DNA of 63,928 nt from an uncultured Myxococcales bacterium (GTDB lineage: Bacteria > Myxococcota_A > Bradymonadia > UBA4248): positions 1 to 63,928 of the forward strand of contig CAMCLY010000002.1 of NCBI GenBank assembly GCA_945875805.1. The letters run 5' to 3'. The notes beneath the pieces were generated by a model. That model was not told the origin of the DNA. It was given only the letters and a program-made list of their open reading frames with translations, and did no database searches. Positions 38,779-46,212 of this stretch are shown here, piece after piece (positions within the stretch are counted from its first letter, which is position 1; each line of letters begins with the position of its first letter). A program made the position numbers and the translations under genes.

Positions 38779-38968
38779 GTTTGGGTCGGCCCGGCTGTTC
38801 GGCAAGGCCGAACACGCCGGGGCCACCGCGCCTGTGCCTTCGGCACACGGCGCGGGCGCCTCGCTATGTGCTCGGGGGCCGTCGCCGGCACCCCTGCGCG
38901 CATACGCGAGGCGCGACATCCTTCTGCGGGGAAAAGCGAGGAATCACCACGACAGGAAATTTGAAAAA

Positions 38969-39982
38969 ATGATTGGCAGTGTCACATTGAAAAACTACGG
39001 TCCGATTCGTTCGCTTTTCTGGGAACATATGGGACAAATGAACTTGGTTTTGGGAACGAACGGGCAGGGGAAGACTTTTTTGTTAAAAGCCCTCTATACC
39101 GCGACGCGTACGTTGGAGGAATACAAACGGGGGAATGATAATAGAAATGTTTCCGACATTTTAGCAGATAAATTGTATTGGACATTTCAGGTGGATAGGC
39201 TCGGGGAACTTGTGACAAAGGGAGAGGCCGATCCGCTTTCTTTTAAGATGAATGTGGACAACCGGGAATTTGCTTATAGATTTGGAAAAGACACAACGAA
39301 ACAGATTTCAATTCTTGAAAACGCGGTTGCACCAAGGGCGAATAATTCAATATTTATTCCGGCAAAAGAGGTCTTGTCATTGCATCAAATTATTCTCAAG
39401 TCCAGAGAGCAAGATAAGGTATTTGGATTTGACGATACATATTATGATCTTGCTCGGGCCATTCGGCAAATGCCGCAGCGCGGGAAAAATTACAAAGCAT
39501 TTTCGGAGTCAAGAAAGAAACTTGAAAATTTGCTTGGTGGTAAGGTGGAGTTTGTTGAAGGGAATGGGCGCTGGCAATTTAAGGCTCACAATCAAAGATA
39601 TTCGATCGGGGCCACATCGGAAGGCATTAAGAAAATTTCAATTTTGGATACTTTGCTGAGCAATCGATATTTGGATAATAAATCTATTGTTTTTATTGAT
39701 GAACCGGAATCGGCGCTTCATCCGACGGCAATATCAAGTTTTTTGGATATTGTTGCGGAATTGTCAAAATGCGGAATACAATTCTTTTTTGCGACGCACT
39801 CCTATTTTGTTGTAAAGAAATTATATTTATTAGCACTGGAGACTGGGCAGAGCGTTCCCGTGATTTCTGCTGATGGAGATGGATGGAATATAAACGATTT
39901 GCAGGACGGCTTGCCTGAAAATCCAATCATTGACGAATCTGTCCGACTTTATGAACGGGAGGTGGAATTATCATTAAAATGA
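38969..39982 (+). CDS. ABC-type (AAA_15/AAA_21-like) ATPase with no TM or substrate domain
   Basis: 337 aa. Walker A GTNGQGKT near the N-terminus, signature-like SEGIKKI, Walker B IVFIDEPESALHP and H-loop FFATHS. Low-GC gene. The stop overlaps the start of the next gene (ATGA). Confidence 0.85.
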   Translation: MIGSVTLKNYGPIRSLFWEHMGQMNLVLGTNGQGKTFLLKALYTATRTLEEYKRGNDNRNVSDILADKLYWTFQVDRLGELVTKGEADPLSFKMNVDNREFAYRFGKDTTKQISILENAVAPRANNSIFIPAKEVLSLHQIILKSREQDKVFGFDDTYYDLARAIRQMPQRGKNYKAFSESRKKLENLLGGKVEFVEGNGRWQFKAHNQRYSIGATSEGIKKISILDTLLSNRYLDNKSIVFIDEPESALHPTAISSFLDIVAELSKCGIQFFFATHSYFVVKKLYLLALETGQSVPVISADGDGWNINDLQDGLPENPIIDESVRLYEREVELSLK

Positions 39983-40515
39983 TGAAACCCATTGTTGAGT
40001 CTGGAATGCCGTTTGGACCTTATGATGAAAGTGAATGCTTTTATGTCGAAAAAAGCGATATTTATCAACGTGTGCGTGAAGGTGTTTCCATGGTGGAGTT
40101 TTGTTTGCTCAGAAAACAGAAAGGAAAACCTGTAGTTTGGTTTGTTGAGGCAAAATCTAGCGCGCCCAATCCCAATGGGACTAAATTTGACGATTACACG
40201 AATCAAATAAAAGATAAATTCGTGAACGCACTTGCGCTTGTCATGTCCATGATTCTTAAAAGACATTCAGTGCATGGTAATGAATTTCCCGACACTTTTA
40301 AATCATTGTCATTGTCTGGATTGGAAGTCAGATTTGTTTTGGTGGTTCGTGAACATCCTGAGTCATGGTTGCCACCTCTTGCGGATGCTTTAAAACGCCG
40401 ATTAAATGCGACGCTCAAAGTATGGGCATTCAGTCCTAATTCGGTTGTTGTGCTTAATGACAAAATGGCGTTAAAATATGGTCTGATTCGAACGTTTGTG
40501 CCAGACGCTGTGTGA
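39979..40515 (+). CDS. Small protein with a PD-(D/E)xK nuclease-like motif, translationally coupled to the ATPase
   Basis: 178 aa. E40 (SMVEFCLL) then E57-A-K59 (VWFVEAKSS) 17 residues later fits the restriction-endonuclease-like core pattern. I recognise no named family. Confidence 0.6.
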   Translation: MMKPIVESGMPFGPYDESECFYVEKSDIYQRVREGVSMVEFCLLRKQKGKPVVWFVEAKSSAPNPNGTKFDDYTNQIKDKFVNALALVMSMILKRHSVHGNEFPDTFKSLSLSGLEVRFVLVVREHPESWLPPLADALKRRLNATLKVWAFSPNSVVVLNDKMALKYGLIRTFVPDAV

Positions 40516-40678
40516 GTCTGAAAATATCCATTGGCGAGGATGGGACTGATAGAATGTCTGCCAAAATCCTCGACGTGATGTCATAGGTGTTGTACAAAGC
40601 CCCCGGATGTTATTTTGCCTTTGCGGCAAATGGCTTTTTGTCAGAAGGCGATGGCCAGTTTATAGCAGGAATGACGTC

Positions 40679-41137
40679 ATGAGAGACAGCAGACATTGGC
40701 GCGTATGGGTGACTTTGATGGGGTTGCTCTTGGGGGGGGCCCTTTGCGGATGCTTGGGGAAGACGGAGGATGATGAAAAAACTCAACTAGAGCAGGAGAA
40801 TTTCCCAGACCCAAAAGTCAGGTTAAGTGGGCCTTTATTTTCGGATAGACTCGACAAACGCATCATCCATAATATCGTTCGAGAACATAAAGATGAACTC
40901 ATGGCATGTTACGCCAAGGCGCTTAAAAAAGACCAGAAATTGGCGGGAAGTCTTACGATTGAATGGAAGATTACTTCGGATGGCATGACGAAAGATGTCG
41001 AGATATATGAAAGTAAGTTTCATGGCAATCCCATCGAAGATTGTGTCATGAATTCGATTAAAGAGTGGAAATTTATATCTCCAGAAGATGGTGAAGATGC
41101 AAGTGTTATGTATCTTTTTACGTTTTTGGTGGAATGA
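40679..41137 (+). CDS. Lipoprotein with an AgmX/PglI-type (TonB-C-like) C-terminal domain
   Basis: Lipobox GALCGC. IIHNIVREHKDELMACYAKALKKDQKLAGSLTIEWKITSDGMTKDVEIYESKF.NPIEDCVMNSIKEWKF matches the CY...G.v...f.I..dG.v...Cv...i..w.F pattern. Confidence 0.7.
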   Translation: MRDSRHWRVWVTLMGLLLGGALCGCLGKTEDDEKTQLEQENFPDPKVRLSGPLFSDRLDKRIIHNIVREHKDELMACYAKALKKDQKLAGSLTIEWKITSDGMTKDVEIYESKFHGNPIEDCVMNSIKEWKFISPEDGEDASVMYLFTFLVE

Positions 41138-41336
41138 GGTTTCGTGAACCACTGGAGAGAGCGCCACGTTGTCCCTGTAAGAGGGGGGTGAGAGGGGGGG
41201 GCTGATGTGAGAACAGTCTAAAAATTGGAAATTTCTGTCTCCCCAAAAAGGGGGGATGTTTTGAGGTGTGTTAAACGTCATCCCAAAGCGGCATTGGATG
41301 TGGTGTCGCTTCGGGGTATTTTCTTGGAAATTGCGG

Positions 41337-42875
41337 ATGGAAGGAGCAAAAGTGTCGTTGGGGGCTACGGTGAAATCGCTGTCGCCTTCGTTTTGGGTTG
41401 CCAATGTCATGGAAATTGTGGAGCGCATGGCATGGTATGGATTTTATGCGCTCTCGTCGATTTATATGTGTGATGCGGTGTCGGATGGCGGTCTTGGGTT
41501 GACGTCGTCGGATCGCGGTATCATTCAGGGGGCGGTATCCTTTTTGATTTATTTGTTCCCGTTTGTCACGGGGGCGCTTGGGGATCGGTACGGGTATAAA
41601 AAGATGCTCCTGATCTCGTATCTCATTTTGGCGCCATCGTATTTTCTTCTCGGGCTGGCGGAGACGATGCCGACATTTTTTGCGGCATTTTTGTGTGTAG
41701 GGATTGGTGCCTCGATATTCAAGCCGCTCGTCGTCGGTACCGTGGGCCGTTGTTCGGATGAGAAGAATGGTTCGCTGGCCTTTGGCATTTTTTACATGAT
41801 GGTCAACATTGGCGGATTTGTCGGTCCATTGATAGCGACGACGCTCCGTTCTCAGGGATGGGAATACGTCTTTTATGCGTCGTCTGCATGGATATTGCTC
41901 AACATTCCCATTTTGCTCTTGTTTTATAAAGAGCCTCCGCGGGATGCGAAAGCGCAGGATGCGAAATCGTTTAAACAGGTCATGCAGGAAGTGCTTGAGG
42001 TGATTGGGAATGGACGATTCTTTGCGATGTTCTTTGGTACACTCGTGATATTTGTCATGGGGTGCAAATGGTTTTCGATCGGCGAGGTGTCTTTGGTGGC
42101 GCTGGGGTGGATAGCCTTGAATGTCGTGATGGATGGGATATTCCGTAAAACGCATAAACTGAGTTGGTGTATGCGTGTCGGGCATAAACGGTTTTTATTA
42201 TTTTTGCTTTTGTTGTCGAGCTTTTGGGTTGCGTACAATCAATTGTTTATTACACTTCCGCTTTATATTGGCGATTCCATCGATACAAAACCCGTGATGG
42301 ATGTCCTCGTGAGTATTGCGGGCACGCTTGGGTTTGACACGGGCAGTGACAGCGCTCTGGCGATGGTGTTTATGGACAAAACCGGTGGCTTGAAGCCGGA
42401 ACACTTCGTCAATATCAATGCGTTTTGTATTATATGTTTTCAGGTTATCGTTTCGATTCTCAATGAACGGATTAAACCGCTTATCGGCATCATGATCGGC
42501 ATTATGTTGACAGCGGTCAGTTTCATCCTGATTGGCCTTGGCGCGAATGCATGGCTTATCGTCATTGGCGTGGCCATGTTTAGTTTTGGGGAAATGATGG
42601 CATCGCCGAGAGCGAAAGAATACACTGCGCACGCCGTGGCCCCCAAGGACAAGGTCGGCATGTACATGGGCTATTACATGTGGAGTAATGCCATCGGTTC
42701 ATTGTTTGGCGGGTTGCTTTCGGGAATGTTGTATAAACAGATTGCCCAGGAGATGCACAATCCCACGTTGATGTGGTTGATTTTTGCGGGGTTGTCGCTC
42801 GTATGTTGCGGACTCATTTATGGGTATCACGTCCGGGTTGGCCGGAATGTCGCGGCCGAACGTGCGGTGGACTGA
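41337..42875 (+). CDS. POT/PTR2-family (MFS) peptide transporter
   Basis: EIVERMAWYGFYALSSIYM and FPFVTGALGDRYGYKKMLLISYL are PTR2-type motifs, with about 12-14 TM helices. The start could be the ATG at 41337 or the GTG at 41352 behind AAGGAG. Confidence 0.85.
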   Translation: MEGAKVSLGATVKSLSPSFWVANVMEIVERMAWYGFYALSSIYMCDAVSDGGLGLTSSDRGIIQGAVSFLIYLFPFVTGALGDRYGYKKMLLISYLILAPSYFLLGLAETMPTFFAAFLCVGIGASIFKPLVVGTVGRCSDEKNGSLAFGIFYMMVNIGGFVGPLIATTLRSQGWEYVFYASSAWILLNIPILLLFYKEPPRDAKAQDAKSFKQVMQEVLEVIGNGRFFAMFFGTLVIFVMGCKWFSIGEVSLVALGWIALNVVMDGIFRKTHKLSWCMRVGHKRFLLFLLLLSSFWVAYNQLFITLPLYIGDSIDTKPVMDVLVSIAGTLGFDTGSDSALAMVFMDKTGGLKPEHFVNINAFCIICFQVIVSILNERIKPLIGIMIGIMLTAVSFILIGLGANAWLIVIGVAMFSFGEMMASPRAKEYTAHAVAPKDKVGMYMGYYMWSNAIGSLFGGLLSGMLYKQIAQEMHNPTLMWLIFAGLSLVCCGLIYGYHVRVGRNVAAERAVD

Positions 42876-42901
42876 TTTTCGCGATGCATGAATAAAATGA
42901 G

Positions 42902-42935
42902 AGCCCACGCGCCGAAAGGCGGTGGGCTTTTTTTT
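42902..42935 (+). terminator. Rho-independent terminator after the POT transporter
   Basis: agcccacgcgcc-gaaa-ggcggtgggct followed by TTTTTTTT. Confidence 0.7.
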
Positions 42936-43028
42936 GTGTGGATATCCAAAAAAAGGCGCGGCGTATTGACCGAGCGTAGCGAGGGAGAAGCCGCGCGGGC
43001 CGGGCGTATCGCGACGCGATAGCCGGGC

Positions 43029-44255
43029 CTACCCGAACCCGTCGCTGAGTTGCATGATGGGCAGGAGGATGGCGAAGACGACGAACCCGATGGTACCGCC
43101 CATGACGACGATCATGAGGGGTTCGAGCATGGCGGTGAGGGCGTCGACTTTGACGCTGACCTGATTTTCGTATTCTTCGGCGACGGAATTGAGCATGTCT
43201 TCGAGTCGTCCTGCGCGCTCGCCCACGCTGATCATGTGTGTCATGAGTGGAGGGAACTCGCCCGATCGTTTGAGGGGGGCGGCGAGGGTTTCGCCTTCTT
43301 TGATGTTGTCGTGTGCCTGTTCGACGACTTTTCCGAGGACGGCGTTTCCGAGGACGGATTTGACGATGTCGAGGGCTTTGAGGAGGGGGACGCCGCTGGC
43401 GAGGAGGGTGGCGAGGGTTTTGGCGAAACGGGAGATGGAGACCATGCGGATGACGCCGCCAAAGATGGGGAGTTTGAGGAGGATGGTGTCCCAGGTCATG
43501 CGGCCTTTGGGGGTGGCCGTCCATTTTTTGAAGGCGTAGAAGGCGCCGACGGCGAGGAGGATGACGAGCCACCAGAAATGGGTGACGAAATCGGAGGTGG
43601 CGAGGAGGAGTTTGGTGATGCCGGGGAGTTCTTTTCGTTGCTGTTCGAAGAGTTTGGTGACTCTTGGGATGACGAAGACGAAGAGGAGCATCATGAGGAG
43701 GACGCCGATGACGATCATGATCATGGGGTAGACCATGGCGCCGGTGATTCTGGATTTGAGTCGGAGCTGGGATTCGAGGAATCCGGTGAGGCGTTCGAGG
43801 ACGATGTCGAGGCTTCCGGAGGATTCGCCTGCGCGGATCATGCTGATGTAGAGGGTGTCGAAGAGTTTGGGGTATTCGGCCATGGCGGCGGCGAGGGTGG
43901 AGCCTTCGCTGACCTTTGATTTGATGTCGGTGAGGGCGGCCTTGAGGGTTTCCTTTTCGGCCTGATCGGCGAGGGCATTGAGGCATTCGACGAGGGGAAT
44001 GGCGGCTTTTTGCAGGGTGCAGAACTGGCTTGTGAAGTCCTTGATGTCCTGTTTGGAAACGTGGTCGCCGAATTTGATGGCGGCGTGGGATTTTTCGCCG
44101 GCGGCGGATTTTCCGCCTGTTTTTTCTTTGGCCTCGGAGAGGTAGATGCCGTTTTTGAGGAGGGCATCTCTGAGAGCGGCCTTATTTGGAGCGTCTTTGG
44201 TTCCTTTTGCGGGTTTTCCGGAGGTGGTGAGACCTTTGTATTCGTATAGAGGCAT
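43029..44255 (-). CDS. gspF: Type II secretion system inner-membrane platform protein GspF
   Basis: 408 aa with the duplicated T2SF domain architecture (two cytoplasmic helical domains and three TM segments). It lies directly downstream of gspE. Confidence 0.93.
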   Translation of the reverse strand: MPLYEYKGLTTSGKPAKGTKDAPNKAALRDALLKNGIYLSEAKEKTGGKSAAGEKSHAAIKFGDHVSKQDIKDFTSQFCTLQKAAIPLVECLNALADQAEKETLKAALTDIKSKVSEGSTLAAAMAEYPKLFDTLYISMIRAGESSGSLDIVLERLTGFLESQLRLKSRITGAMVYPMIMIVIGVLLMMLLFVFVIPRVTKLFEQQRKELPGITKLLLATSDFVTHFWWLVILLAVGAFYAFKKWTATPKGRMTWDTILLKLPIFGGVIRMVSISRFAKTLATLLASGVPLLKALDIVKSVLGNAVLGKVVEQAHDNIKEGETLAAPLKRSGEFPPLMTHMISVGERAGRLEDMLNSVAEEYENQVSVKVDALTAMLEPLMIVVMGGTIGFVVFAILLPIMQLSDGFG

Positions 44256-44258
44256 GGC

Positions 44259-45980
44259 TTATCCTGCGGAATCCTGTGTGACGCGCAGGACTTCTGGAAT
44301 GCTGGTGAGTCCGGCGATAATTTTTTCGACGCCGTCCTGACGCAGGTTTGTCATGCCCTGTTTTTCGGCTTCATTTTTGATGGTGCCCGCGTCGGCGCGT
44401 TGCATGACGAGTCTTCGGATACTGTCGGTGATGACCATCATTTCGTAGATGGCGAGTCGGCCTTTGTATCCTGAGTTATTGCATTCCTTGCATCCTGTGG
44501 GTTTGTAGAAGATGCCCTGAGCCTGGTCGAGGTGTGCTTGTGTGGCGCCGATTTCGCGGAGTTCTTCGGGGGAGGGTTCAAACGGCTGTTTGCAGACGGG
44601 GCACAATTTTCGGACGAGGCGCTGGGCCATGGCGAGTTCGAGCGAGGAGCTGACGAGAAAAGGCTCGACGCCCATGTCGATGAGTCGTGTGAAGGCGCCT
44701 GCGGCGTCGTTGGTGTGGAGTGTGGAGAAGACGAGGTGGCCGGTGAGTGCGGACTGGATGGCGATTTCGGCGGTTTCCTGGTCACGGATTTCGCCGACCA
44801 TCATGACGTCGGGGTCGTGGCGCAGATAACTGCGCAGTCCGCTTGCGAAGGTGAGGTCGATTTTGGGGTTGACCTGCATCTGGCTGATGCCGGCGAGCTG
44901 GTATTCGACCGGGTCTTCGACGGTGAGGATATTTTTGTCCGGGGTGTTGATGCGGTTGAGGCAGGCGTAAAGGGTGGTCGTTTTACCGGATCCGGTAGGC
45001 CCTGTGACGAGGATGATGCCGTGCGGCTGGGTGATGGCGTGCGTGATGACGCGGTAGTGTCGTTCGTTGAAGCCGAGATCCTTGAGGTCGAGGAGGATGG
45101 CTTTCTGGTCGAGGATACGCATGGTGATGCGCTCGCCATAGTAGGCGGGCGCGGTGGCGACACGGACGTCGATGTCGCGTCCGGCGATTTTGAACCGGAT
45201 GCGTCCGTCCTGCGGGATGCGTTTTTCGGCGATGTTGAGGTTGGCCATGATTTTGACGCGGACGACGATGGCGCTGTGGAATCGCTTGGGTGCGCTCGCG
45301 AGTTCCTTGAGGACGCCGTCGATTCGGAACCTGAAGACGACGCGGTCTTCGGCGGCCTCGATGTGGATGTCGGACGCCCTTTCGCGCATGGCCTCCTGAA
45401 AGACCATGTTCATGAGCTGAATGATGGGGCCTTCGTCGTCGCTTGCCGCGCGGTTGAGGATGTCTTCAATTTTTTCGGCTTCCTCTTCCTCGCCGGCGGG
45501 TTTTGTCTGGTCGAGCTGTCCCGCCATGTTGGCGAGGTCGCCCCGTTTGTCGAAAATCCCGGTGACGAGGTTTTTGACGGCGTCGCGCGGGGCGAGAATG
45601 GGGATGGGCTCACAACCGGTCAGCCCGCGGATGAAGTCGAGCCCGTCGATGTCGAGGGGATCGATGATGGCGGTGAGGACGTAGTCGTTGCGCTTCTGAA
45701 ACGGCATGATCTGCTGTTTCATGGCGACGGCGTAGTTGTAATGGTCGGAGAGACTGACGTCGACGGCGTCGAGGTCGAACGCCTCCCACACCTCGATGCC
45801 GAGCTGGAAACCGAGTGCGCGCAGGACGTCGATTTCCTTGGCGCTTCCCTGTTCGATGAGGATTTCGCCGAGTCGCCGCCCGGGCTCGGCCTGCTGCAAC
45901 TGCAACGCGTCATTGAGCTGCTGGGCCGTGATGTAACCATGATTGAGGAGAACTTCACCGATGGGGCTTCGACCAAACAT
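44259..45980 (-). CDS. gspE: Type II secretion system ATPase GspE
   Basis: N-terminal T2SSE_N-type domain, Walker A GPTGSGKTTT, Asp/His boxes (VGEIRD, TGHLVFSTLHT) and a tetracysteine CPVC...CKEC. Confidence 0.95.
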   Translation of the reverse strand: MFGRSPIGEVLLNHGYITAQQLNDALQLQQAEPGRRLGEILIEQGSAKEIDVLRALGFQLGIEVWEAFDLDAVDVSLSDHYNYAVAMKQQIMPFQKRNDYVLTAIIDPLDIDGLDFIRGLTGCEPIPILAPRDAVKNLVTGIFDKRGDLANMAGQLDQTKPAGEEEEAEKIEDILNRAASDDEGPIIQLMNMVFQEAMRERASDIHIEAAEDRVVFRFRIDGVLKELASAPKRFHSAIVVRVKIMANLNIAEKRIPQDGRIRFKIAGRDIDVRVATAPAYYGERITMRILDQKAILLDLKDLGFNERHYRVITHAITQPHGIILVTGPTGSGKTTTLYACLNRINTPDKNILTVEDPVEYQLAGISQMQVNPKIDLTFASGLRSYLRHDPDVMMVGEIRDQETAEIAIQSALTGHLVFSTLHTNDAAGAFTRLIDMGVEPFLVSSSLELAMAQRLVRKLCPVCKQPFEPSPEELREIGATQAHLDQAQGIFYKPTGCKECNNSGYKGRLAIYEMMVITDSIRRLVMQRADAGTIKNEAEKQGMTNLRQDGVEKIIAGLTSIPEVLRVTQDSAG

Positions 45981-46041
45981 ATCCGGACTTCTCGGGGTTA
46001 GGGGACTTCTGATCCCTTGTGATTTCTGTTTTTTGGGGTGG

Positions 46042-46116
46042 GGGGGAAGCCTCCCCCTGAGCGGCTATTGAACGCAAGGGGGCAGGCCCCCTTGTGTTCA
46101 ATACGCCGCTACCCCC
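46042..46116. repeat. GTAG-hairpin family copy
   Basis: ggggggaagcctccccc-tga-gcggctat-tgaacgcaaggggg-cag-gcccccttgtgttca-atacgccgc-taccccc. Confidence 0.85.
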
Positions 46117-46212
46117 TCTGCCACGGTTGACCCAAAGTTTTGGTGAAAAAAGTGAGGCGCGGGGGGAATTTTTGTGTGTGTTCTGGCTGGAGCCGGGCGG
46201 CGTGCGCCGGGA

